A stretch of DNA of 64,000 nt, taken from positions 18,166,001 through 18,230,000 of the forward strand of contig CM075977.1 in assembly GCA_038087875.1 (NCBI GenBank). Direction: 5' to 3'. The notes below the pieces were generated by a model. It was not told the origin of the DNA and ran no database searches. It worked only from the letters and a program-made list of their open reading frames with translations. Position 1 is the first letter of the stretch. Every line of letters begins with the position of its first letter. Source of the stretch: Malacoraja senta (lineage: Eukaryota). Positions 37,411 to 51,560 of this stretch are shown here, piece by piece. The position numbers and the translations under genes are program-made.

Positions 37411-37887
37411 CTCTGTACCACAATCCTTTGTGCCGATCTATGACGCCTGTTAATCTATTTTATCCACCAATCTTCCTACATTAAAATAAATGCAGCTTAA
37501 CTTACCACCGTACTTTGTGTCCTGCCCCTGCCTAGCTTGCCTGTTGGACTTGTTTACAATAACCAATATACAGTATTTTCTTCAACTTTCTCAATCATTA
37601 ACCACTACTTTAGGTCCCATACCCTTGCCAGATAGTTTATACCCTCCTGAGAAACTCTAATGAATCTCCCTGCCAAAATATTGGACCTCCTCCAGTTCAA
37701 TGCAACTTGTCCCTCTTGTGCAGGTCACCTCAGCCCCAGAAGTGATTCCGATGGTCTAAAAACCTGAATTCCTCCCACCCGTACCAACTTTCACCCATTT
37801 ATTCATTTGTCCATTCCTCTTTGTCCTTCTCCCAGTGGTGTGTGGCCTGGGAAGGAATCGAGAAATTGCAACTCTCAAAGTTCTTTT

Positions 37888-38206
37888 GTTTTAGTTTAGA
37901 GATACATCACGGAAACAGGCCCTTCAGCCCACCGAATCCGCACCGACCAGCAATCCCCGCATATTAACACTATCCTACACCCACTAGGGACAATTTACAC
38001 ATACACCAAGCCAATTAACCTACATACTTGTACGTCTTTGGAGTGTGGGAGGTAAAACGGAAGATCTCGGAGAAAACCCACGCGGTCACGGGGAGAACGT
38101 ACAAACTCCATCCAGACAGCACCCATAGTCAGGATCGAACCCTGGTCTTGGGCACTGCAAGCGCTGTAAGGCAGCAACTCTACCACTGTGCCTTCATGTG
38201 CCGCCC
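37888..38206 (-). mobile_element. HE1-like SINE, full length, inside an old CR1 ORF1 remnant
   Basis: Box A, box B (ggttcgatcc), core and (ctaaa)n tail. Confidence 0.85.
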
Positions 38207-41049
38207 TCGATGTTTAACTTTCTGTCTACATTCACTCTTAATGCCCTCAACCACTTTTCTACCTATGCCGTTGATACCAATGTGTATAACAACTTATAGC
38301 TGTCCCTTGAAAATGTTCTTCAATCCCATGGATACATCCTTGATCCTGGTGCCCAGGAAGCAGCACACCACCCTGGAGTCTCATTCACAGCCACTGAATC
38401 TCTTTTTTTTCCTGGAAACTATTCAATTCCCCTGCTATGCATCAGAACCGTTTGTGGTGCCACAGACCTCGCTGCGGCTGCTGCCGCCCTCTTCTGAAAG
38501 GCCACCCCCTCCTCTGACATAACTGAAAGTGACTCCACCACACCCCTATCCCCCAAGCTACAGGACTCACTTGTGATTACCACTCAAATCGTTAAACTGC
38601 ATCTCATCAGCCTTGTTATATCCCACTTGAGGGTAATGAAACGACAAGGGCTAGCAGCTTCTTCCATTATCAACCTTGTAGAGGTTGGTTCACAGGTGCA
38701 CTAAAAGAGCCTTGCAGTTTGCTGGCTCACTCAGTCTTTCGCTAGAGTCAAATCCACAAGTGAAGTGTTGCTCAATGAGTTGCGATGTACCAACATTCTC
38801 AGTTCTCAGTTCGATTAAGGGCTTCGCAAAGAGAAAAAAAAAGAGGTAAATGGGTGTATGATAGTCCCATAAATGGTTCAACAATGAAGTTCATAACTGG
38901 ACGGAATCATTTCCAGATTGAATCTTGCCCCTGGCACTTCCAACCCTGGAAAGGGTACAGAGAAGATTTACGAGGATGTTGCCAGGACTAGAGGGTCTGA
39001 GCTATAGGGAGAGGTTGAGTATGCTGGGATGCTATTCCTTGGAGCGCAGGTGGATGAAGGGTGATCTTATAGGTGCATAAAATCATGAAAGGAATAGATA
39101 GGGTAGATCAATGTATTTCTCTTATCATTTATTCCATAATTGGTGTATATTAAATTCACTCTGCTTGCTTTGCCTGTGTGGTTAAAGCTCATGTGATTTT
39201 TTTAAACAACAGACTAACGATTTCATTAATTGCTTCATCCAATCTAGATATTTCTGTCAACACTATTGTTAATAATATTAAGAGCAAGATTATTAAGAAC
39301 AGTGGTCTCACATATAAATCCATGTTAGCAAAGTATTTCACTCAAGAAGATGTTACTGATCTCTGTAGAATAATGAATAGCATTTGAGCCTTGCTATTTG
39401 TTTTCCTACATTCAGAAAATGTTCAATTCGTCTTCTGTTTCATCCTAAATCTCACTGGGCTGTACTTCTGCATAGCAATCTTCCTTCTGCACTTTGATAA
39501 TCGCTTTGTTAAAAATCCATGCTGAGTACATTCAAGCACTACTCACGTCAACAAATCCTGTAGATTATGTTGTAGGATTGAAGTTGATCATGAAACAAGA
39601 CTTAGTATTAGCAAAGTCAGGTTGATGGTCTTCCATGAACACATCTATTGAATACTTACCCTGACCTTCAAAATTATTCACAATAAATTGTCCAACACCA
39701 ATGTCAGGATGACTGGACTGCAAATGTGCACTCCATCCCTTCCTTCATTTATCGAACTATAGTATCAAATGTGTATTACATTAGCACTCCTGTAACACGG
39801 AATATTGCAAGATTACTTAATTAGGAAACACCATTTTATTGTCTGGACTCTTACTCTTCATTTAACTCTGAAGGTTTTGCTGCTCAAACCATGAAGAACA
39901 CCCTCATGCTGTCTACCTGCTCCTGCCAAGACTTGATATTCTACCTGTTCTATGTCTTTACCATGCCTCTCTTTGAAATGTGATCTAATGTATCCTGTTA
40001 TAAGTGTATGCATGCATTACTCCTACATGTTCACACTGATCAATGGTGGGACCAAAACTTCACTTTGTTGGGACGGGCACCTTTCATGCATGATCAAAAT
40101 TGAAAAGAAAAAAGAAAATACTGGAAATACCCAGCAGATATGACAGCATGCTGCCTCGGCTGCTGAGAATCTGCAGCATTTTGCTTACATTTTAGATTTC
40201 CAGCATCTGCAGATTGGTGAACATCACGACTAAAAATTCCTATAGATACAATTACAACCTGACAATATTCTCTCATCTTTTCCAATTTTGCACATTGCTT
40301 TCCAATTTTCACCCCGTGTCCTTTGTACACCAATGCTTTCTGCATATGGATGGAAGAGCACCTCACAGCTCCAGCCACCCTATTCAATCCCGACATTGGG
40401 TGCTGTCTGTGCTATCCGTACTTGTTCTCCTGTGGGATTTTTCTGTTCCTTCAAGTTAATACAGGTGATGGGTAGGGGTTTTAGAACTGTGAGGTGGCTA
40501 TTTCCTTCTCTTGATATTACATTTGATGTGAAAATGTCCAAATAATCCTCAATGCCCTCTAGTACTTGGTCACCAATTCCTGTACCCCTTCCTACTCCTC
40601 GTTATATATATTTTTTCTCAGCATTTAGAAAGATATAAATGGCTGTCTGGTAAAATTGTCCTTTCACTACTGATATCAGCCCAGGTCTATGATTGCCCTT
40701 TGGCATGACTATACCTAAACTAACACCATCATGAGCATGGTTCCCAATATACTCCGCCACTGGCACTCTGTACAGTTAACCGTATTTGTGGCGAAGCGCA
40801 TCTTACGTCTTGTCCCCATCACCTCTCCATGTACTGATGTACAAGGTTTTCTTGAATCCACTTGCATACAGTAGGATACTGGGGAGCCTTTATTCTGATA
40901 CTGACTTAACTAATTCATGTGCAATGCATGGTGTGTGCTGGTGTAGATCTCAAGACCATCAAACAACACATTTAATTAATACCTTTTTGCCATTTTCTAA
41001 AAATTTTGTGCGTCTGCCATTTATTCCCATACATGTGATAGACACCTAT

Positions 41050-42320
41050 TAGACAATAGACAATAGGTGCAGGAGTAGGCCATTCGGCCCTTCGAGCCAG
41101 CACCGCCATTCAATGTGATCATGGCTGATCATCCACAATCAGTACCCCGATCCTGCCTTTTCTCCATATCCCCTGACTCCGGTATCTTTAAGGGCCCTAT
41201 ATAGCTCTCTCTTGAAAGTATCCAGAAAACCAGCAACCTGACACTGCCCTCTGAGGAAGAAAATTCCACACACTCACAACTCTCTGTGAGAAAAAGTGTT
41301 TCGTCATCTCCGGTACCTATTATTCCTTACCCCTTATTCTTAAACTGTGGCCCCTGGTTCTGAACTAACCCAACATCGGGAACATGTTTCCTGTCTCTAG
41401 CATGTCCAAACCCTTAATAATTTTATATATTTCAATAAGATCCCCTCTCATCCTTCTAAATTACAGAGTATACAAGCCCAGCCGCTCCATTCTCTCAGCA
41501 TATGACAGTCCCGCCATCCGGAAATTAACCTTGTGAACCTACGATGCATTCCCTCAATAGCAAGAATGTCCTTCCTCAAATTTGGAGACCAAAACTGCAC
41601 ACAATACTCCAGGTATGGTCTCACTAGGGTCCTGTACAACTGCAGAAGGACCTCTTTGCTCCTATACTCAACTCCTCTTGTTATGAAGGCCAACATGTCA
41701 TTCGCTTTCTTCACTGCTGTACTTGCATGCTTACTTTCATTGACTGATGAACAAGGACCCCCAGATCCCGTTGTACTTCCCCTTTTCCCAACTTCACACC
41801 ATTTAGATAATAATCTGCCTTCCTGTTTTTGCTACCAAAGTGGATAACCTCACATTAAACTGCATCGCCCACTCACCCAACCTGTCCAAGTCACCCTGCA
41901 TTCTCATATCATCCACCTCACAGTTCACACTGCCACCCAAGTGTCATCTGCAAATTTGCTAATGTCACTTGTAATCCCTTCATCTAAATCATTAATATTG
42001 TAAATATCTGCGGTCCCAGCACCGAGCCTTGCGGTACACCACTAGTCACTGCCTGCCATTCTGAAAGGGACCCGTTAATCCCTACACTTTGTTTCCTGTC
42101 TGCCAACCAATTTTCTATCCATGTCAGCACTCTACCCCCAATACCATGTGCCCTAATTTTGCCCACTTACCTCCTATGTGGGACCTTATCGACTGCTTTC
42201 TGAAAGTCCAGGTACACTATATCCACTGGCTCTCCCTTGTCCATTTTCGTGGTTACATCCTCAAAAAATTCCAGAAGATTAGTCAAGCATGATTTCCTCT
42301 TTGTAAATCCATGCTGACTC
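41050..42320 (-). mobile_element. CR1 3' fragment (RT to tail), same family as 29438
   Basis: VTSGVPQGSVLGP, RPYLEYCVQFWSP and (caataga)n tail. Confidence 0.9.
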
Positions 42321-43779
42321 CCAGCAAGGTTCTGATTGTTATTTAATTATCTGATTGCTCGAGGATCTCAGCCATCAAAGCAGTTGTGATTGGGCCTTTA
42401 ATCAACATTGTTAAACCCCTTCTTTCTTTACACCAACTTATCTTCACGCTATATTATTTCTAACCTTGTACATTTTTTCGACGGAATTAAAATAAAGGTT
42501 TAATCCTCTATTTTAAGGCAGTCCCGCAAGATGGAGGATGTTTCTAGTTCAGTTTTGCGGGTTTTGATGAAGCCAGTTTGGTAACGACAACTCTTTCCAC
42601 AATGGCTTCAGGTGCTTGAAGAAACAGGTGGGTGGGTAACTTATGTATTCCCTCTGCCATTTACAGTGTGCTCCTTGTGCATGCTTAAAGTTCTAAATGT
42701 CATCCCAAATACTCATTCTCCACAGTAAACAGTCATGAGTCAGAGGTTCCCACAAGTTAATCAAATTGATGCATCTTATCTACAGCTTCTCTTTCTGCCT
42801 CTGATGAAATATTAATTTTTCTGCACCTACCGAAGTAAGATGATCCATCCTTTACTAAATTATGAGTTTAGTATGATAAGCATGTGCCACTGAAAACAGG
42901 TGTTAGACTAACTATGTCAACTTAACGTTTAGTACATCAGAGAGACATAAAGGTTGTAGATGCTGGAATCTTGAGCCAAAATAGGTGTTGGAGGAACTCA
43001 GCGGATCGGACAGCATTTGTGGATGGAATGACAGAGAGCGTCTCAGGTCGGGTCCCTTCTTCAGACAATTAGAATTGTGCAGAGAAAACTGGACAAGGGA
43101 GGTTGGGGTGGGGTAAAGCCTGGCAAGTGATAGGTGGATACTGGTGATGAGAAAGTGATTGGCAGATGGGTGGAGGTAGTAACAAAGGCAAAAAGAGACC
43201 AATGGGTGTTATATAAGGAAAGAAGTAGAGTCTTCTTATTTGACACCCATTTTGTCTCCATTTTGCCTCGAGCCTTTGTCACTTATTCCACCCATTTGCT
43301 TATCATTTATCTGGCTTTGCCACATTCCCAACTCTCTTTTCCAGCTTTCTCCTCCTATTCCATTAATCTGAAGGATTGAAGACCCGAAATGTCATTTATC
43401 TATTCCCTCCACAGACGCTGCCTGAAATGATGAGTTCTCCAGCACTTGTTTTTTGTACACTACATCAGTTCAGATTTCAAGCATAGATCCTGAACACTAA
43501 TAAAGGCATATGATGTGGCGTGTGACATTTTTCATGCTAGTTTAAAAGGTTGATAATTTACATGTATTCTGGTGAATCTTTTCCAACTAAGTCAAGCATT
43601 CTGCCTTTGGGTTCCATGAGGTACCATCCATTAGATTCAAGAAAGAAGAAAAGTGAAATTGTGTTTGGTAGAAAACTAAAATAAAAACAAACCAGTGGAA
43701 ATGTTTCTTCAGGTTGAGCAGCAACATTTGAGTAAGAAATCTAGAACGTAAGGACATGAAAGAAGAGCAAAATAGACCA

Positions 43780-46700
43780 CATAGATCCACAAACCTGTCT
43801 GCCATTCAATCTGGCTGAGGCTTCATCTCATTCTTTATGCCACTTCCCTGATCTTTAAATTCATCTACTTTTCTTTAAATGCACTCAATAATTTAGCCTC
43901 CACAATCCTGCAGGATGGAGAATTCTGGAGATTCACCAGTCTCTGCAATGAGTTCCTATACATCATTATCTTAAATGGCGACTCCCTGATGTTTTTTTGA
44001 CATTCTCTAACCAGCCATACTAACTCAGGATCGTCTATTTATCATAATGAACATCTTTTATTCTTCCAACCTCCAAAGAATATTGTTCTAAATTCTTTAA
44101 ACACATAATAAGACAACCCTGTTATCTCAGGAATTTGCCTCGTGAATATATTTTGGATCACCTCCCATGCCAGTATATCCCATCTTAAATACGTGGACCA
44201 TAACTGTGCATAGTATTCCCAGTGTGGTCTTACCGGGACCCTGTATAACTTTAACAATCCTTCCCTATTTCTAAACCAACTTCCTTGCAGGAAATGGTAA
44301 TATACCACTTGCTGCATCTGCCAACAAACCAATAACATTTCATGCACAACAAGACTCCTTTGCACTTCAGTTATCTGCAGATCTTTCTCCATTTAGATAA
44401 TTCTCTGTCTTTAGATTTCTCTCAAAACGTATTTATCTCATATATTCCCACAATGAATTCCTTTTGCCATTTTCACCAATTATTTTATAACCTGTTGCAA
44501 AGACCAAGTAACCTCAAATCCCACCTATTTTGTGTAATCAGCAAACTTGGATACCTTGTAACATGTCCCCTCCTCTAGATCAATTAATAGAGCTTGTAAA
44601 TAATTGAGAGCCAAGAATGACGTTTTGGGCATTCGACTACTAACATATTTCCAGCATGAAAAAGATACACTTGTTCCAACTCGGCTTATGTGCAATTACA
44701 AATCTTCAATCCATGTCAACCTCCCCTAAAACTATGAACTCTTATTATGTGCACTTTTTTAAAATATATGCTACCTTGTCGAATATATTCCGAAAATACA
44801 GAATATCTTCAGATTCCCCTGCTTGAACTATTCTTATTATATCCTAAAAAGCGCAAATATAGTTGTAAAACATGATTTACCTTCCATAAATCCATGTTGA
44901 TTTGATTTGATTACATTCAGCGAGACTTCATCCCTTAAAGGACAATCACAAATATGGCTTTCTAATCTCTGGTACTTTCCTGGAATCTGGTAAGTTTTGA
45001 AAATCCTCAACCAATTGCCTATCTCTGCAGGAGCTATCTACGCAGATGCTTCCTTTAACACCCTCAGGTGCAAGCCTGATGATTTGCCATCATTTGGGCC
45101 CATTAGTTTTTCCAATACCTGAACCCAGACATGGCGTCGATGGACATGAAGCCAAATTACCGAAAGGAAACAAAGCCAAAACGTCAAATAACGAAAGCGT
45201 ACGAAGCCGAAACGGCAACTAATCGAAAGGGTGGGACGCCTAAAAGCAAACTAACTGATAGGGCGGGACACCTAAAAGCCAACTAACCGAAAGGCTGCGT
45301 CGCCTGCAAGGCAACTCACCGAATGACCGCTCTGCCGAAAAGTCAAATAACGGACATGACGTCGCCGGGGGGGGCAGGACTTGTCAGCGATTGTTCCAGA
45401 CCACCGTGTCCATCACATCACTGGCCGATGGAAACGGGAGGGTGGGGGTCATTTTTCCACACAAGTCACTGGGCACTCTGAACCCGAGCACCAAGTCGTT
45501 AGCGGCCGAAGGAGCGCATCCCTCGGGACAGCCCCCACTCTCCCATGGCCACGGCCGCCCTCTGCATCGTCTCCCCCGTGTGGCCGCACTGTGACTGGCT
45601 GTGTGTTGGCAGTGCCAGGTGGAGCAGAGGTGTGGGACAGGCTGGTCCCTCCGCCCACCCAGAGTCACTGACCATCGGACCCCAACCCTAACACAAGGGT
45701 GATTCACCCCCCCCCCGACCCCCGGGCACCGACCCACACACGGGGTGATTCACTGTAAGCTGTAAACCAGCTGCCGCAAGCCATTTCCACAGGACAAGGT
45801 CGGCACTAAAATTTTTTACTGATTTAAAAACAAAAACGTTACATGTATAAATCGTTCTTATATTCAGGAACCTGGTTAATTAAGTAGTGGGATTATTTCC
45901 CTGTCCTAACTATGCCTTTACTTTAGCCGGTGGTTACATCCATTCCATCCCTCCCTCGCAAAGATGTGAGATTTCATTCAGAGCACAATTGGATGAATAG
46001 ATGCATAGTCATGCGTCTCTTCCATGCGCGCAATACATGAAGCCAATGAAATGCGACAACTGTCACACCAAAGATAGACACAAAATACTGGAGTGACTCA
46101 GTGGGACAGGCAGCATCTCTGGAGAGAAGGAATGGGTGGCGTTTCGGGTCAAGACCCTTCTGTGGTTTCATTGTCCCTTCATTGTTGGTAGGTGCTGATC
46201 TTTCACATGGACCAGTTTTCCAAACTCATTTTTAAAAAGCGATTTACTATGGCTGCCAATGCCCCGAGTCGTCTGTCCCCACGGCCAGGGTGGGGGGTGA
46301 ATGACCCCATGTGTGGGTCGGGGTCCGGTGGTCAGGGGAGGTGAATCACCCTGGTGTGGGGATTGAGGTCCGATGGTGGTGCATCGCGGTCAGTGACTCT
46401 GGGTGGGTGGATGGACCAGCCTGTCCCACACCTCTGCTCCACCCGGCACTGCCGACACACAGCCCGTCACAGTGCGGCCGCACGGGGGAGACAAGTCGGA
46501 GGACGGTCGTGGCCGTGGGAGTGTGGGGGTTGTCGCGAGGGATGCGCTCCTTCGGCCGCTTACAACTTGGTGCTCGGGTTCAGAGTGCCCAGTCACCCTC
46601 CAGCCCAGGGCGGTCTTGTGTGGGAAAATGACCCCCACCTCCCATCTCCCCCGGCCAGTGATGTGATGGACGCGGGGGTCTGGAACAATCGCTGACAAGT

Positions 46701-47500
46701 CCTGCCCCCTCGGCGACATCATGTCCGTTATTTGACTTTTCGGCAGAGCGGCCATTCGGTGAGTTGGCTTGTAGGCGACGCAGCCTTTCAGTGAGTTGGC
46801 GTTTCAGCAGAGTGGCCTTTCGGTGAGTTTGCTTTTAGGTGTCCAACCCTTTCGGATATTTGTCTTATAGGCGTCCCGCCCTTTCGGTTAGTTTGCATTT
46901 AGGCGTCCCACCCTTTCGGTTAGTTGGCGTTTCGGCTTCGTTTCCGTTCGGTTATTTGGCTTCCACTTCTTTGCTTCAGCTTCTCGTCCATCTACGCCAC
47001 GTCCGTACACATCCAATTTCATGTCCCTTGTGATAGAGATTTTTGAAGCGCTGATTTACCTTATTTGCCATTTCCTTTGTTTTTTATTAATTACCCTGTC
47101 TCACATTTACTTTAGCTAGCCTCTTCATTTTAGAATCCTTTGCTTTTTGTTTTGTTCCATTACAAGCTTTCTCTCAGAATCTATTTTCTCCCTCATTATA
47201 TTTTTGTCCCTTACAGTTGTTTTTTTGTAAATTACCAGTTCTCTAGTCTATCAGAAGCCCTTACAACTTTGTATGCCATAGTCTTTGATCTAATCTTTTC
47301 CTTGCCCTTCTTTGTTAAGCAAGTGTGGTTCATCTTCCTTTCTAATGGAATATATTTAGACTAAATTATCTATTTCAGTCCACCCCTACTCATCCACCCC
47401 TACTCATCCTCTCCCTTAACTATTTGGCCGTCTACTCAAGACAAGTCCACCTTCATTCCATTGCAATTGCCTTATTTAAGTTGAGGATATTGGTAATAGG
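43780..47500 (-). mobile_element. Old CR1 ORF2 remnant interrupted by the foldback element
   Basis: LYRVPVRPHWEYYAQLWS peptide. Decayed CR1 sequence resumes after 47020. Confidence 0.65.
45120..47011. mobile_element. Foldback / MULE-like non-autonomous element with long (over 600 bp) inverted arms
   Basis: 45120-45755 is an inverted copy of about 46290-47011. The outer arms are built of roughly 30-bp ccgaaagg-containing subrepeats. Probable 9-bp TSD tccaatacc/tccaatttc. Interrupts an old CR1. Confidence 0.8.
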
Positions 47501-47527
47501 ATTCTACCATGTTGTGTTTTCTATTAC

Positions 47528-50500
47528 AGTCACAAGAGTCATAGAGTGATATGGTGTGGAAACAGGCCCTTCAGCCCAACTCGCCCGCACCGCCAACAAT
47601 GTCCCAGCTACACTAGTCCCACTTGCCTGCGCTTGGTCCATATCCCTCCAAACCTGTCCATCCATGTACCTGTCTAACTATTTCTTAAACAATGGAATAG
47701 TCCCAGCCTCAACTACCTCCGCTGGCAGCTTGTTCCATACACCCACCACCCTTTGTGTGAAAAAGTTACCCCTCAGATTCCTATTAAATCTTTTCCCCTT
47801 CACCTTGAACCTATGTCCTCTGGTCCTCAATTCCCCCACTCTGGGCAAAAGGTTCTATGCATCTACCCAATCTATTCCTCTCATGATCTTATATACCTCT
47901 ATAAGATCTCACCTCATCCTCCTACGCTCCTTGGAATAGAGACCCAGCCTACTGAACCTGTCCCTATATCTCACACCCTCTAGTCCTGGCAACATCCTTG
48001 TAAATCTTTTCTGAACCCTTTCAAGCTTGCCAATATATTTCCTATAACACGGTGCCCAGAACTGAACACAATATTCAAAATGCGGTCGCACCAATGTCTT
48101 AGACAACTGCAACATGACCTCCCAAGTTCTATACTCAATACTCTGACTGATGAAGGCCAAAGTGCCAAAAGCCTTTTTGACCACTGTATCTACCTGCGAC
48201 TTGACCTTGAAGGAACCATGCACCTGTACTCCTAGATCCCTCTGCTCTACAACACTACCCAGAGGCCTACCATTTACCGTGTATGTCCTGCTCTTGTTCG
48301 ACATCCCAAAATGCATCATCTTACACATTTCTGTATTAAATTCCATCAACCTGGCCAATCAATCCAGATCCTGCTGCAATCTTTCACAACCATCTTCACT
48401 ATCTGCAAAACCACTCACTTTTGTATCATCAGCAAACTTGCTAATCTTGCCCTGTATCCAAATCATTGATGTAGATGACAAACAGTAATGGGCCCAACAC
48501 CAAACCCTGAGGCACACCACTAGTCATAGGCCTCCAGTCCGAGAAACAACCTTTCACCATCACTCTCTGCTTCCTGTCATGGAGCCAATTTGCTATCCAT
48601 TCAGCTATCTCTCCATGGATCCCATACGATCTAACCTTCCAGAGCAGCCTACCATGCGGAACCTTGTCAAATGTCTTACTGAAGTCCATGTACACAACAT
48701 CTACAGCTCTGCCCTCATCAACCTTTTTGGTCATGTCCTAAAAAAAAATCAATCAGATTTGTGAGGCACCACCTTCCACGAACAAAACCATGCTCACTAT
48801 CCCTAATCAGCCCTTGCCCATCCGAATGCCTGTATAATCTATACCTCAGTAAACTCTCCAGTAATTTACCAACTACAGATGTTAAGCACACCGGCCTATA
48901 ATTCCCAGCATTTTCTTTGCAGCCCTTCTTGAAAAGAAGCACAACATTTGCCACCCTCCATTCTTCTAGCACCTCTCCTGTATTTAAGGACGACTTGTAA
49001 ATTTCAACCAGGGCTCCCGCAATTTCTACTCTAGTTTCACGCAATGTCCTCGGATATATTTGATGATACCCTGGAGATTTGTCTACCTTCAAACACAACA
49101 GTACCTTCAGTACTTCGACAGTAACCCCGACTGCTCTCAAGGCACTTCCAGTGACTGCTCCAATTTCCTCCATCCTACTGTCTTTCTCCCCGGTAAATAC
49201 AGAGAAATACTAATTTAGTACCTTGCCCATCTCCTTTGGCTCCACACAGAGGTGACCGCTTTGATTTCTGAGAGGTCCCACTCTCTCTCTAGTTACCCTT
49301 TTCCCCCTTATGTATTTATAAAATCTTTTGGGATTCTCCTTAATGCTACCCGCCAGAGCTAACTCCTGACCACTTTATGCCCTTCTGATTTCCTTTTATA
49401 GTTTACTCCTTAGTTCCCAAAACTCCTCCAGGGATGCACTAGATCCCAGCTGCCTATACCTGTCCCATGCATCCTTCTTGTTTTTGACCAATGTCTCAAT
49501 TTCCCTCATCAGCCAAGCTTCCTTACGTTTGCCTGCTTTGCCCTTCACACTAACGGGGACGTACTCATGCTGAGCTCTCTTCAGTACACTTTTAAACACA
49601 TCCCAATTGGTTGATGTTCCTTTCCCCTCAAATAACCTGCTCCAGCGAGACCTTCGTTCATACCCTCAAAGTTGGCCTTACCCCAGTTGAGCATTTTAAC
49701 ACCTGGACCCTCTCTGTCCCTATCCATAACTATCTTAAACCTAATCGAACTGAGGTCACTGGTCCCAAAAGGCTCCTCCACAGACACTTCATTAACTTGG
49801 CCTTCCCAATTTCCCCAATACTAGATCCAGCATTGCCCTCTCACGTGTGGGGATCTCCACATACTGCTTAAGAAAACTCTCCTGAACACTTTTGATGAAT
49901 TACACCCCATCTAAACCATTCACGTTACGATTTTCCCAGTCTATATTGGGAAAGTTAAAATCCCTTACAACAACAACCTTATTCGATCTGCAGCTGTCTG
50001 CAATCTCCCAGCACATTTGTTCTTTTAATTCCCATTGACTGTTCGGGGGTCTGTAGTACACCCCCAACAAGGTGATTATCCCTTTCTTGTTCCTCAGCTC
50101 CACCCACATAGCATCACTAGATGAAACATCCGTAATGTCACCTCAGATCACTGCCGTGACCAACAATGCAACCCCCCCCCCCTTCTTTTGTTCCCTCACT
50201 CCTGTCTCTCCTGAAGTTTCTGTACCTGGAACATTGAGCTGCCAGTCCTGCCCGTCCCTTAACCAGGTTTCAGTCATGGCTACAATGTTCCAGTCGCTTG
50301 TACCTATCCATGCCCTAAGCTTATCTGCCTTACCCGTCAGGCCCCTTGCATTAAAATACGTGCAGTTTAAACCAAAACTCCTTCCTCGCTCTCCGCCTTT
50401 CACCTGCCTATTCTGTCCACTAACCTTTCCCACACCACCCTCCATACCAACTTCTCGCCTCTCATATGCCTCTGTCCTGCACGAGATCCCACCCCCCTGC

Positions 50501-51560
50501 CAATCTAGTTTAAACCCTCCCGTGTAGCATTAGCAAACCTTTCCGCTTGGATGTTAGTTCCCCTCCAGTTTAGGTGCCACCCGTCCCTTTTATACTCCTC
50601 AGCCACATATTCATTTTGCCTATCTTACTATTCTTACCTTCACTCGCACGAGGTACTGGAAGCAATCCTGAGATCACTACCCTGCAGGTCCTGCTTTTCA
50701 GTCTTCTGCCCAATTCCATATATTGTTGTTCCTGAACCTCCTTCTTCTTACTACCTATATAATTTGTGCCAACATGCACAACAACCTCCAGCTGCCATGC
50801 CGTGCAGCTGCTCCAAGACGTCCTGGACCCTAGCACCAGGGAGGCAACACACCATACTGGAGTCTCACCTGCTGCCGCAGAATCTCCTGTCCGCACCTCT
50901 GACGATGGAGTCTCTCACCACTACTGCTCTGCCTGACGTCAGTCTTCCCCGTTGAGCCTCAGCACCAGGGTTGGTATCAAAGCCCTGGCTAGCACTCAAT
51001 CTTGTTGTGTCGTTCACTCCCAAGAGGATGTACCTGTTTTTGTTAGGTACAGCCACCGGGGCCTCCCGCACTTCATGTTTACTCCTCTTTCTCATAGTCA
51101 TCCACCTTCGTTCTTCCGGTATCCTTGGTGTGACAACCTCACTGTAGGTCCTGTCCAGGAAACTCGTTTTCCCAGATGGTCCAGAGGTCATCCAGCTGCT
51201 GCTCCAGTTCCCAACATGTTCATTCAGGAGCTGCACCTGGACACAATTTCTGCAGGTGTAGTTGTCAGGCGGTGTCCCTGACTTCCAACGTCCTGCAGGA
51301 AACACACTGTACCAACCTGCCTGCCATTTCAAATCGAGTGCAGCCTCCTTGCCTCAGCCTCCTCACTGAAGACTCTTGAGCCAAAGACTCACACTTTACC
51401 TCCCAAGGCACTTCCTGGAGAAAGCCCTACTTTTATTTGCTGTTCAATTAACTAATTAGCTAAGTTACAAATTTGGTTACCGGTTTTTAAATGACCTGCT
51501 CTGGAAAAACTCACCAAGGCTTTAACTTCTGCAGCCAATCCCCGCACTCGCTCTGTCACC
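47528..51560 (-). mobile_element. Near full-length decayed CR1 LINE
   Basis: ORF1: zinc finger/leucine zipper (YTCRNCVQVQLL) plus SGNH esterase (VVRDSIVRG, VHVGTN). ORF2: APE endonuclease (YFNARG, MTETW, GGGVAL, YYRPPN, DFNFPNIDW) and RT ([30 protein letters not shown]). Short (TATGACTC)-type 3' tail. 5' boundary is approximate. Confidence 0.92.

Noticed and set aside
45140-45350. Roughly 30-bp periodic repeats resembling a CRISPR array
   Set aside because: They are degenerate tandem subrepeats with no unique spacers, mirrored in the opposite arm of a foldback element, in a eukaryotic context with no cas genes.
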